Of a stretch of 64,000 nt of DNA, positions 38,907 through 48,155 are shown in pieces (the stretch's first letter is position 1; every line of letters begins with the position of its first letter). Made by a program: the position numbers and the translations under genes. The DNA comes from Planctomycetota bacterium (GTDB taxonomy: Bacteria; Planctomycetota; UBA11346): NCBI GenBank assembly GCA_038231435.1, contig JBBRLJ010000014.1, positions 32,001 to 96,000 of the forward strand. Direction: 5' to 3'. The notes beneath the pieces were generated by a model. That model was not told the DNA's origin, made no database searches, and worked only from the letters and a program-made list of their open reading frames with translations.

Positions 38907-41900
38907 CTGCCGCGCCCGCCAATGGCTCGGCCCAGCTTGAATGCGACGTGGCTGCTGAAAGCCGGTGATTCGATCTCGACATCGCCCAGGCCGGCTGCGA
39001 GCCTACGCGTCTCGAGCACGCGGCCGGTGTCCGGATCCCACCATTCCACCTGGGCTTCGCCGCCGCCCTTGGGCCGTGGGCACGACACCGTCACATGCTG
39101 GTTGGATGCGGATCGCCGCCCACCGGTGCCCCAGCGCCGTTCGAGCACGTAGCCGAGCACGGTGCCGCCGCGTTCGCGCCAACCGCCCGACCACCACCTG
39201 GAAGCCTCTCCTGCGACCCCGACGTCGCACGGATCGCCGCCGCGCGGGTCCTCGCCGACCAGAAACCGCGACATCGCCGTGTACGGCTGCCAGCGCGCAC
39301 CCTGGTCTATCCATTCGAACCACCACAGCATCGGCGCGCCGCCATGCCCGGACACCAGCGCCGCCCACGGACCGGTGAGGTGCTCGGTGAGCATCGCGTC
39401 GTCGCTGGGCGTGCCGCTCCAATCGCCGCCAAATTCGGTGACCAGGAAGGGCTTGCGGTAGCGTGCGAGGCCCTGCTGGGGATCGAGCGCGCTGGCGCGC
39501 AGCAGATCTGCCAGCAGCTCGCAGTGCCCTTGCTGATCGTAGCCATGATACGCGTCGATGCAGGCGAAGGCGAAGCCCGGCATGGCCACGATCGCCGGAT
39601 CGGCGTGGTGGTAGTCGCCGCACCAGTGGCTGGTCACCGGATGGGCGTAGACATCGAGCGCATGCCAGCGTTCGATGGCGCGCGCGTGCCACGCGGGCAA
39701 CTGCCCGCTCTGCTGCCCAGCGGTGAGATCCATCTCCGACCACAGCTTCCAGCCCATCAGCGCCGGATGGTCGGCGTAGCGCGCTACCAGGTAGCGTCGC
39801 ATGCGTTCCTGGCCATCGAGCGCCCAGGGATCGATGAACACCTGCGCCGCCGATTGCAGGCGGCCGCCGTTGGCGCGGTTGTACGGGCTGTTCGGCCATT
39901 CCGCGTCGCAACCGTCTGAGCCCTGGCCGTGGTTGTTGATCACCAGATTCACGCGCATGTGATGCGCCCAGGCGTCGTCGAGCACGCGCTCCAGCCGCCA
40001 GGCGTTGTCCTCGTTGTAGCGGCCCTGGCCATGGAAGGTCGGCCAGTCCGCGCGCCATTCGAGGCCGAGATTCCAGGGCGCGAGCCAAACCTCGACGGCG
40101 TTGGCGCCATTGAGCGCGAAGCGTTCGAGATAGGCGTGGTAGGCGAGCGTTCCGCGGTCGGGGGTGACGCGGGTGCGCATGCGCTCCTGCGAACGCAGAT
40201 CCCACACCGAGCGCAGATTGGGGCCGAGCGGCCAGAAGCAGGCGCCTGAGGCGCTACCATCGCCGACCCGGAAGAAACGCGGGTCGATGGCGTCGACGCG
40301 CACCATCCCGTCCCACGGCTTTCCCGATACCACCAGCGGATCGAGTTCGCACGAGACCCTGCCACCGCCCCGCCAGGCCGCCTCGAGGCGCAGGCGGTGG
40401 CTGCCCGGCTGGCTCGGGCGGTAGCGCACGGCGAATCGCCCGGCGCCCGATGGCGCCAGCTCCTCGCGGTCGCCGCGATCGCGCGAGCGCATCGGCTGAA
40501 AGTAGTATCCGGGGATGCGCAGCTCGGTGCCGTCGGGCGTCGCCACTACCAGATCGAGCGAGAACTGCTTCGCATCGTAGGGATTCTCGGGCATCGTGGC
40601 GGGAGACACCGACAGCGACCAGCGTTCGCCGGCGGCCACGCCCAGCGCGCCTTCATCCACGCGCAGATCGTACAGCTCCGGCCGCTGCGCGTGCCCCTCC
40701 GGTGGAATCGCCGCCACCGGGCCGGACACCAGCACGCGCGCGCGATGCGGATCCGCCGTCCACAGCATCAGGCCCGCCTTGGCGGTCTTGGCCGCCTCGG
40801 CCGCGGACCAGCGACCCTGGTGGGCGACTCCTGCCAGCTGGCCGGTGGCGCCGAGATCGATGCGCAGTCGATGGATCCCGGGCTCGAGCACGCCGGGCAG
40901 CAGGTGCTGGTACCAACGGCCATGGCGATCGCAGGCGTAGACGCCCACACCCAGATCGGCAGGGGCGTCGTCGGGCACCAAGATCGTGGCGCTGACGATC
41001 AATGGCCCCTGGATTCCGCGCAAGGGCAGCAGCGTTGGCAGCGGACCGCCGACGGTGATCGCCTCGGCGCGGTCGGCATCGGCACCGGCGACCACGTCGA
41101 CACTCGGCAGGACGCAATCGAGGACCGCGCCATCCGACCAGGCCATGCGCGCGCGCAGCTCCCACGCACCCGCCTCGAAGGGATGGAAGCTCACCGAGCG
41201 GCGCTCCCGATCTCTTGGAATGCCGCGGCGCAGCGTCGTTGGCGTCGTCTGCGCTGCTCCGCGCTCCAATGCGGTGGCATCGAGCGCACCCGCCGATGCA
41301 CTCGGAACCGGACGCGCCGAGAACGTCACGCACGCGCCAACCGCTGGCGCAGCCGGCTTGCCTGCATCCACATCCAGGCGCGCATCGAGGAGCGCCCGCC
41401 GTGACGGCTTCCGCAGCGGCGACATCAGCACGCGCGGCGGCGAGAGCTTGAGCACCGCGCCACCGTCTGACGCCGACCAGAACACCAAGCGCGCGGATGC
41501 CGCTGCGCACGGCTCGACCGCGATGCGCACGCGGTCGACCCCCTGCGCGAGCGCAAGCGCGCGTGGTGCATGCAACGCCGAACCGTCGGCGGCCAGCATC
41601 ACCAGCCCCACCGAGAGATCGGCCGGGGCGTCGTCCGGCACCGCGACGCGCAGCTCGACCCCCGCGAACCCGAGCGCACCGCCCGCCGTGCTGTCGGCTG
41701 CATCCCGGCTGGGCAACACCAGGGCGATGGTCGTATCGAGCGGCGCTGCCAGCTCGAGCGCGCGCGCATCGGGAAACGGATCACGGCGAGGACCGGACAC
41801 CTCGAGCGGAGGGAGCGGGTGGCGTACCACCACTCCGTCATCCGTCCAGCGCGCCAGCAACTCGGCCTTCCAGCTCCCGCCACGCAGCGGATGGAAGCGG

Positions 41901-42607
41901 GCTCTCCAGCGGCCGTCCGCCTGGCGGAGCGCCGGGATCTCGATCGCGACGGACTGCTCGTCGATGATGTACAGCGCCATGGCGAATCCGCTCGTCACCG
42001 ATGCGGGTTTCGCCGACACCCCCCAGACGCCGTCGGCTTCCACGCGCGCGCACGAGCGGTCGCCCTCCACGCCCTCGACGCGCAGATCCAGCAGCCGCTG
42101 TCGATCGGCAAGGTGGCCTGCCTGGCGAACTGCCTGGCTATCTACCTGGCTATCTACCTGAGATGCCAGGCTGACGTCGTCGACCACGATCCGCGCGTGG
42201 CTCGCGCTGCTCGACCAGAAGAAGATGCCTGCGCGCGCACCGGGAAAGAAGCCCGCATCCTTGCCGTGACGCTCGCCCAGGAATCCGCCCCATGCCGCCG
42301 CGCCATCCGCATCGACACGCACGCTGATGCGCTGCTTCCCCGGGACGAGCGGCCCGGCGCACAGGTGCTGGTGCCACCGGCCAGAACGATCGACGATGAA
42401 GGCTCCCACGCCCAGGTCGCCAGGCGCGTCGTCGGGTACGGTCAGCTCGGCCGCGACGCTCACGGGCCCGTAGCCGCAGTCCGTGGAAACGGGAATGTCG
42501 ATCATGGTCGACAGCGGCGCCAGCAGCTCGACCGTCGCCGCCCGCACCGGCAGCGCCATCCCCAGCGGAAGCAGCAGCGCGGACAGGATGACGGAGCGCA
42601 ACCGCAT
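38903..42607 (-). CDS. Secreted DUF5060-like / clan GH-A protein with three tandem accessory modules
   Basis: Paralog of the downstream gene (NPYDA, ARYADHPALMGWKLWSE, KPFLVTEFG). Start placed at MRLRSVILS (signal peptide); 42619 is an alternative. Confidence 0.75.
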   Translation of the reverse strand: MRLRSVILSALLLPLGMALPVRAATVELLAPLSTMIDIPVSTDCGYGPVSVAAELTVPDDAPGDLGVGAFIVDRSGRWHQHLCAGPLVPGKQRISVRVDADGAAAWGGFLGERHGKDAGFFPGARAGIFFWSSSASHARIVVDDVSLASQVDSQVDSQAVRQAGHLADRQRLLDLRVEGVEGDRSCARVEADGVWGVSAKPASVTSGFAMALYIIDEQSVAIEIPALRQADGRWRARFHPLRGGSWKAELLARWTDDGVVVRHPLPPLEVSGPRRDPFPDARALELAAPLDTTIALVLPSRDAADSTAGGALGFAGVELRVAVPDDAPADLSVGLVMLAADGSALHAPRALALAQGVDRVRIAVEPCAAASARLVFWSASDGGAVLKLSPPRVLMSPLRKPSRRALLDARLDVDAGKPAAPAVGACVTFSARPVPSASAGALDATALERGAAQTTPTTLRRGIPRDRERRSVSFHPFEAGAWELRARMAWSDGAVLDCVLPSVDVVAGADADRAEAITVGGPLPTLLPLRGIQGPLIVSATILVPDDAPADLGVGVYACDRHGRWYQHLLPGVLEPGIHRLRIDLGATGQLAGVAHQGRWSAAEAAKTAKAGLMLWTADPHRARVLVSGPVAAIPPEGHAQRPELYDLRVDEGALGVAAGERWSLSVSPATMPENPYDAKQFSLDLVVATPDGTELRIPGYYFQPMRSRDRGDREELAPSGAGRFAVRYRPSQPGSHRLRLEAAWRGGGRVSCELDPLVVSGKPWDGMVRVDAIDPRFFRVGDGSASGACFWPLGPNLRSVWDLRSQERMRTRVTPDRGTLAYHAYLERFALNGANAVEVWLAPWNLGLEWRADWPTFHGQGRYNEDNAWRLERVLDDAWAHHMRVNLVINNHGQGSDGCDAEWPNSPYNRANGGRLQSAAQVFIDPWALDGQERMRRYLVARYADHPALMGWKLWSEMDLTAGQQSGQLPAWHARAIERWHALDVYAHPVTSHWCGDYHHADPAIVAMPGFAFACIDAYHGYDQQGHCELLADLLRASALDPQQGLARYRKPFLVTEFGGDWSGTPSDDAMLTEHLTGPWAALVSGHGGAPMLWWFEWIDQGARWQPYTAMSRFLVGEDPRGGDPCDVGVAGEASRWWSGGWRERGGTVLGYVLERRWGTGGRRSASNQHVTVSCPRPKGGGEAQVEWWDPDTGRVLETRRLAAGLGDVEIESPAFSSHVAFKLGRAIGGRGR

Positions 42608-42848
42608 GAGGCCTTTCATAGCTGGCGCATGGTCACCGACCACGCCCATGGCGACCTTGGCACCCGAGGGTCTCACTGGCCGCAGATCGTACCGGCGCCC
42701 TCTTAGCGCGTTGGCACGTCCGTGTGTTGGGTCCCCTCGGGGAGGCAGATCTGTGGAGGAGGTGCGTGCTGTTCTGATGAACGCATGGACACGAGCGCCG
42801 CTGCTGATCTCTGCTGGCCGTCCGCTATCAGCTTCCCCTACCCTCCCC

Positions 42849-43466
42849 TCACGGAAATGGCCGCTCCTCCCTGCACCCTTCCAATTTCGCCGCGTATTCC
42901 GGATCGGTGATCTCGAGCGCGCCAAAGCGCGCCATGTGCGGAGTCTGCTGCTGGCAATCCAGCATGCGGAAACCGTTCACACGCAGGCGCTCCACCAGGT
43001 GCACGACGCAGATCTTCGCCGCATCGTCGGCGCGGTGGAACATGCTCTCGCCGCAAAAGCACGCGCCTAGGCACAGGCCATAGATGCCGCCCACCAGCGC
43101 GCCGTCGGCATTCCAGGCCTCGACCGAATGGGTGACGCCACGACGGTGGAGTTCAACGTAGAGCTTCTCGATGTCGCCGCAGATCCAGGTGCTGGTGCGT
43201 TCGGCGCAGGCTGCGATGACCTGCGGAAAGGCCTCGTCGATGGTGATGCGGTATGGCTGCTTCCGCATCACCTTGACCAGGCTCTCGGGCACCTTCCAGG
43301 TGTCCCAGGTGATGATCGCGCGGGTATGCGGCCGGTACCAGCGCAACCGGCCGCGACGATGGTCGGACATCGGGAAGCAGCGCTGCCAGTAGGCCTCGAG
43401 CACCAGCTCCGGGGTGACCGGATAGCCGTCCGCGTCCACGACGCGGGGGTCGCCCGCCGGGTTCAC
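42849..43466 (-). CDS. aat: Leucyl/phenylalanyl-tRNA--protein transferase
   Basis: LEAYWQRCFPM, AFPQVIAACA, HSVEAW, LVGGIYG, FCGESMFH, LDCQQQTPHM; GTGA overlap with the HAD gene. Confidence 0.92.
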   Translation of the reverse strand: MNPAGDPRVVDADGYPVTPELVLEAYWQRCFPMSDHRRGRLRWYRPHTRAIITWDTWKVPESLVKVMRKQPYRITIDEAFPQVIAACAERTSTWICGDIEKLYVELHRRGVTHSVEAWNADGALVGGIYGLCLGACFCGESMFHRADDAAKICVVHLVERLRVNGFRMLDCQQQTPHMARFGALEITDPEYAAKLEGCREERPFP

Positions 43467-44125
43467 GCCCGGGCCGCCGGATTGCCTCGCCTGTGGGCGG
43501 CGATCGCGAGCGGGATCTCGCCCGGCATGGCGAATTCGGCATCGACGATCAGGCCCTCGCGCCGACCGATGCCCCAGGCGCACCAGCCAACGCGCATGCT
43601 GGCCGCGCGTCCGGCGAGGATGTCCGTATGATGGTCGCCAATCATCCACGAGCTCTCGGACTTGTCGCCGGTAGCGGTGAGGATGTCCACCAGCTCGGCC
43701 GGATCGGGCTTGCGCGCGCGGTCACCGCCCCGGACTTCGGTGATCATCCCGGCCAGCCCGCAGGCTTCCAGTATCCGGCCGGTGAAGGCCAACGGCTTGT
43801 TGGTCGCGACCGCGAGCGACCAGCCAGCCGCGGAGAGCGCGGAGAGCGCCTCGGCAATGCCGGCGTAGGCCCGAGTCGCGTCACAGCAGCAGGCGGCATA
43901 CCGCGCGATGAAGGCTGCCTTCGCCTCGTCGCGCGCCTGCACATCGCAGTTGGGCGTCAGCCGATCGATCAGTTTATCGACACCGTCGCCGACGAAGGCC
44001 GCGATCTGGTGCAACGCGAGCGGTGGCAAGCCGATGCTGGCGCGCGCCGCGTTACCCGCCTCGGCCAGATCCGCGCGGCTGTCTACCAGCGTACCATCGA
44101 GATCGAAGATCACCGTGCCGGACAT
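43463..44125 (-). CDS. HAD-family phosphatase (phosphoglycolate phosphatase-like)
   Basis: FDLDGTLVDS, ATNKP, KPDP, MIGD. Confidence 0.88.
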   Translation of the reverse strand: MSGTVIFDLDGTLVDSRADLAEAGNAARASIGLPPLALHQIAAFVGDGVDKLIDRLTPNCDVQARDEAKAAFIARYAACCCDATRAYAGIAEALSALSAAGWSLAVATNKPLAFTGRILEACGLAGMITEVRGGDRARKPDPAELVDILTATGDKSESSWMIGDHHTDILAGRAASMRVGWCAWGIGRREGLIVDAEFAMPGEIPLAIAAHRRGNPAARA

Positions 44126-44278
44126 GCCCAGCAGCATGCGGCGCTGGATGGATCCGGCCAGGGGTTTGGAGACGGGGAACTGGGGGAAGGAGATGGGCGG
44201 ATAGCGGATAGCTCCGAGTTGAGAGCTGAGAGCTACCGGGCGGAACGGCGGTGAGCGAATGGGACCGCCGCGCCGGGG

Positions 44279-45715
44279 CTACGACAGCGGCGCTTCCTCG
44301 TGAAATTCGATTTCGCCGGTCTCATGCGGCGACGGCTCGGCTTCGACGTCGCGCTCTTCGGCCTGATCCTGCGACGTCACGTCGATGACCTCGCCGATCG
44401 GCTCGGCGGCGCGCGGCGCGAGGGCGATGAGGGCGAGGATGGTGATGTCGTCCCCGACCGGGCCATTGGCGAAGCGGGAAACGTCCTCGGCGATGCCATC
44501 GACCAGCGCCTGCGGCGATTCCTCGATGTGCGCGAGGACGCTGCCGTACAGGCGCGCTTCGCCGTACGGGCGCTCGTCCGGGCTCATCGCCTCGGTCAGG
44601 CCGTCGGTGTACTGCACCAGCACGTCCCCGGGCATCAGGTCGAGGGTGTCCTCGCGCAGCGTGGCGGAGAACACCCGGCCGGGCGCGAGACCGATGGCCA
44701 TGCCGGGGCGCCCGAGACGGCGCAGGATCGATTCCTGGCCGAGATTCACGATCAGGCCTGGATGGTGGCCGGCGCGGACGCAAGCGAGCGCACCGGTACG
44801 CGGGTCGAGCGCGCCCGCGAACATGGTGATGAACTGCCCGGGGATCAGATCCACCTTGATCTCGTCGTTGAATCTGGTCAGCAGCGTCATCACATCGCTG
44901 CTGTCGCGGGCGATGAAACGCAGGGTCTTCAGCGCGGTCGCGACGACCAGCGCCGCCTGCATGCCGTGGCCGCTGACGTCGCCGATGACCAGCAGGATGC
45001 GGCCGTCGGGCAGGGTGAGCGCCTCATAGAAATCGCCGCTGACGCCGTGGTGGGCCTTGTAATGCACCGCCAGCTCGAAGCCGTCGAGCTTGGGCAGGTT
45101 CGACAGCATGTTCTGCTGAACGCTGCGCGCCTTCTCCATGGCTTCATCGAGGACCTGCGGCTTCGCGAATATGGCGGTGGTCGAGCGCTGGCTGCCCTCC
45201 TTCGCCTTATGCACGAGCAGATGCGTCTCGAGCATCCGTCCCGAACGCGCGGCCGGAGTCAGGCACAGGTGCTCGGCGATCTCGGACACCGTGCGCAGGC
45301 TGATCTTGCCTTCGTCGCGCGTGATGCCGTTGGCGAAATCGCCGGTGTACGGATTCAGCCAATGGCCATCGCGGCTGAAGATGCGCAGGCGCGGCTCGAG
45401 CGGCAGCATGCGGATGAGGTCGAGACGCCAGCGTTCGTACTCGAGGCGCGCGAGCGGCAGCGGCTGCTGCTGCTTCCAGATCTCATTGCCGAGCAGGAAT
45501 TCACGTGCGGCCTGGGCGCGCCCGAGCGAGGCGGGGATGGCCTTGCCCCCGTAGGGCTCGATCCAGTGCTGCTGGTCGGACGTCATCACCTGGAAGACCG
45601 GATCGTTGTCGATGCGCCGGACCAGCTCGGGAGCGAGGATGCGCTCGGCGGGGACCGACGCGACGCGCATGGAGGTCGATCGGCGCGCTGATCGGTTCGG
45701 TCGTCTCGAGAACAT
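44279..45715 (-). CDS. PP2C/SpoIIE-family protein phosphatase with uncharacterised N-terminal domain
   Basis: VSGDFY, IGDVSGHG, RAGH, YTDGLTEA, GDDIT; GGAGG RBS before ATG 45715. Confidence 0.92.
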   Translation of the reverse strand: MFSRRPNRSARRSTSMRVASVPAERILAPELVRRIDNDPVFQVMTSDQQHWIEPYGGKAIPASLGRAQAAREFLLGNEIWKQQQPLPLARLEYERWRLDLIRMLPLEPRLRIFSRDGHWLNPYTGDFANGITRDEGKISLRTVSEIAEHLCLTPAARSGRMLETHLLVHKAKEGSQRSTTAIFAKPQVLDEAMEKARSVQQNMLSNLPKLDGFELAVHYKAHHGVSGDFYEALTLPDGRILLVIGDVSGHGMQAALVVATALKTLRFIARDSSDVMTLLTRFNDEIKVDLIPGQFITMFAGALDPRTGALACVRAGHHPGLIVNLGQESILRRLGRPGMAIGLAPGRVFSATLREDTLDLMPGDVLVQYTDGLTEAMSPDERPYGEARLYGSVLAHIEESPQALVDGIAEDVSRFANGPVGDDITILALIALAPRAAEPIGEVIDVTSQDQAEERDVEAEPSPHETGEIEFHEEAPLS

Positions 45716-45777
45716 GGCGCCTCCGTCCGTCCCCACAGCATCCCTGGGCGGACGGCGGTGGATGGAGGTCGAAACCT

Positions 45778-45851
45778 ACCCCCTGACCAGGGGGTGCAAC
45801 CGTTCGCTGTGTATCATGGTGCAACGCACGGAGGAGCCTGCAACGTTTGCA
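45778..45851. promoter_or_regulatory. Putative operator region upstream of the PP2C gene
   Basis: Perfect palindrome ACCCCCTG-ac-CAGGGGGT (45778-45795), three TGCAAC copies (45795, 45820, 45839) and near-palindrome TGCAACGTTTGCA. Confidence 0.4.
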
Positions 45852-45857
45852 TCAAAA

Positions 45858-47273
45858 TCATTCGAGCAGCCGCCCGAGATGGGCACAGGCTTCCTCGGGC
45901 AGATTCGAGCTGCGCGTCAGGTGGAGACCTCCCCTCAGCCCTTCCTGCACGACCTGGCGCTCGAGGTAGTCGTTCGAGGTCGAATGCAGGGTGAGTCCGA
46001 AGATCGCGAAACGCAGGTCGGCGTCCGTTGGATCCCCGAGCTGGGAGAGCCGTACGCGCGCGGCCGCGACCAGGCCCATGGCCAGCGAATCCATCTGTGA
46101 GAATTCGCCCTCGAGGCCCTGGGCATTCAACGCCAGCTCGACCGCGACGCGCGCGCGGTAACCGCCGCGCATCAGGTGCGAGCCCGAGAGCATCTGCAAG
46201 TGCATCTCCTGGAGCTGGCGCAGCAGCAGGAAATCGTCGTTGTAGGTGGCGATGCTGACGCGCAGGCCCGCGAACGGCCAATTGGCCAAGAGTGGCGTGC
46301 GCCCATCGCAATAGAGGTAGACGTCCGCGAGCGAGGCCAGCGCGGCCACCGGCTGCACCAGGGCCGCGGCCCCGCGCTCGAGGTGACCGAGGATGCTCGG
46401 CGGCAGCACCACGCGCACGCGGCGCCAGCGGCGGGTGGCCTCGGCGGCGATGCTGTAGGCGTTGGTGAGCACCTGCCAGGGATTCGAGCTGCCGTCGATG
46501 GTGGCGGTGAACTGACTGCCGCGCTTCGGGTCGTCGAGGCCATCGATCCACAGCCGGCCACGGCAGTACATCCGCACCACCGGCAGCGGGTAGCACTCGG
46601 CGAGCGACAGCTGCTCGAAGGTGCGCCGGCCGCAGCGCGTCAGGGCCTGCTGACCATCCGCAGCGCCGGCGAGGGCGGCGCGGGCCTCGGTACGATCGAT
46701 GCGCAAAGGCGCGCGTTCGGCGGCCAGCGAGTGCATGCCGCAACGCACCAGGGCGGCATCGACCAGGCTGAGCACCAGCGGCGTGCCGACCTCGGTGATC
46801 GAGGTGTCGGACAGGAATGCCTCTACCTGCACCAGCGCATCGGTCGCGGCCTTGCGATCGAGCTGGTAGCGCTCGACCAGCAGGTCGCCCATCCACGAAC
46901 GATCCCACTGGCGGCGGCGGCCATCGAGATCGATCACCGAGAGGTTGAGCGCGGCGCAGCCGTCGCCATTGACCCGGCGCTCGCGGCGGAAGCGCTCGCG
47001 GTCGTCGCGGTAGCGGATGTAGGATTTGGCCGCGTCGTAGTAGCCACTCTCCTGCAGCACGTGCACGACCGCGTCCTGCACCTCCTCGATGCCGAGGCTG
47101 GCCTGGTCGCAGGTGCGTTCGAGGTGCTCGAGCACCACGCGGGCCAGTTCGGCCGACAGAGCACGGTCATCGATGGAGACGGCGTGGAGCGCCTTCGAGA
47201 TAGCCGAGCCGATGCGGGCCAGGTCGAACGCGACCTCGCGCCCATCGCGTTTGACGATGGCGGATGGCCTCAC
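45858..47273 (-). CDS. Double ATP-cone protein related to the N-terminus of class III ribonucleotide reductase NrdD, lacking the radical domain
   Basis: IVKRDGREVAFD...IEEVQDAV...AKSYIRYR is an ATP-cone; a second cone-like segment follows (VIDLDGRRRQWDR...VE...LVDAAL). No C-terminal CxxC/RxxGY. GTG start with GGGAG RBS. Confidence 0.75.
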   Translation of the reverse strand: MRPSAIVKRDGREVAFDLARIGSAISKALHAVSIDDRALSAELARVVLEHLERTCDQASLGIEEVQDAVVHVLQESGYYDAAKSYIRYRDDRERFRRERRVNGDGCAALNLSVIDLDGRRRQWDRSWMGDLLVERYQLDRKAATDALVQVEAFLSDTSITEVGTPLVLSLVDAALVRCGMHSLAAERAPLRIDRTEARAALAGAADGQQALTRCGRRTFEQLSLAECYPLPVVRMYCRGRLWIDGLDDPKRGSQFTATIDGSSNPWQVLTNAYSIAAEATRRWRRVRVVLPPSILGHLERGAAALVQPVAALASLADVYLYCDGRTPLLANWPFAGLRVSIATYNDDFLLLRQLQEMHLQMLSGSHLMRGGYRARVAVELALNAQGLEGEFSQMDSLAMGLVAAARVRLSQLGDPTDADLRFAIFGLTLHSTSNDYLERQVVQEGLRGGLHLTRSSNLPEEACAHLGRLLE

Positions 47274-47427
47274 GGCGGACTCCCGAGACCATGGCGCTCG
47301 AGCGGCGGGCGGATTGACGGGATGGCCATCGCGATGGGGATCCCTCTTAAAACGACGAGCGCGGGGGACCAGCTTTTTCCGGCTGGCGCCATAGGACGGT
47401 GGCACTGAGTGGCGATGCGCTGGCGCA

Positions 47428-48045
47428 TCACTCGATGCTCTTTTCCGGGCTCTTGTCCGGACTCTTGTCCAGACTCGTGTCCAGACTCGTGTCCAGAGCA
47501 TGGCTTCCCGGGCTGCCGTGATCAGGCTCGCGGGACTGCGGACGCGCGGCGGGCAGGCCTGCGAGCGGCCCGCCCTTCTGTTGCGGACCGCCGCCGCCGA
47601 TGACGCGGCGCAGTTCGCCCATGAACTCGTCGAGATCCTTGAACTGGCGGTAGACCGAAGCGAAACGGACGTAGGCCACCTGATCGAGCTTGTGCAGCTC
47701 GCCCATCACCAGCTGGCCGATGTCGTTCGACGAGACCTCGCGGTCGCCTTGGCTGAGCAGGTGGTGGTGCACGCGGTTCGCGGCGGCCTCGAGATCCTCG
47801 GAAGCCACCGGGCGCTTCTCGCACGCGGTGATCATGCCCGCGAGCACCTTGCGGCGATCGAAGCTCTGGATGCGGCCATCCTTCTTCACCACCCGCAAGG
47901 CCTCTTCGCCTTCGACACGCTCGTAGGTCGTGTAGCGCTTGCCGCAAGGGTTGCAGACGCGCCGGCGCCGGATCGCGGTGCCGTCATCGGTGGCGCGCGA
48001 ATCGATCACGCGATCGTCGTCTTGATTGCAGAAGGGGCAGCGCAC
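47428..48045 (-). CDS. nrdR: Transcriptional repressor NrdR with low-complexity C-terminal extension
   Basis: MRCPFC...VIDSR...IRRRRVC..C.KRYTTYE, ATP-cone, [13 protein letters not shown]. Confidence 0.96.
   Translation of the reverse strand: MRCPFCNQDDDRVIDSRATDDGTAIRRRRVCNPCGKRYTTYERVEGEEALRVVKKDGRIQSFDRRKVLAGMITACEKRPVASEDLEAAANRVHHHLLSQGDREVSSNDIGQLVMGELHKLDQVAYVRFASVYRQFKDLDEFMGELRRVIGGGGPQQKGGPLAGLPAARPQSREPDHGSPGSHALDTSLDTSLDKSPDKSPEKSIE
47440..47497. repeat. 12-bp tandem repeat (ACTCGTGTCCAG-like, about 5 copies) in the nrdR 3' end
   Basis: Encodes [20 protein letters not shown]. Confidence 0.85.
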
Positions 48046-48155
48046 GGCGGTGGACCGGGGATCATGGAACGACCGCACCGAGCGCAAGGCGTGGCGTTCG
48101 ACAAGCTTTCAACAGCTGCCGGACGAACGACCCACGGCAAGAACAGGCTTGGCGA

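Noticed and set aside
42620..42925. N-terminal extension of the 1340-aa ORF and TGGCAC sigma-54-like words
   Set aside because: The extension overlaps aat and precedes the signal peptide; the TGGCAC sites lack the TTGC -12 element.
45858..47273. Calling this a functional nrdD
   Set aside because: Too short, no glycyl-radical motif, and no nrdG nearby.
47440..47497. Direct repeats as a mini-CRISPR
   Set aside because: 12-bp head-to-tail units with no spacers, inside nrdR.
47274..47501. N-terminal extension (WTRV repeats) of the ATP-cone ORF
   Set aside because: Alternative frame of the nrdR tandem repeat; a GTG with RBS at 47273 starts the ATP-cone directly.
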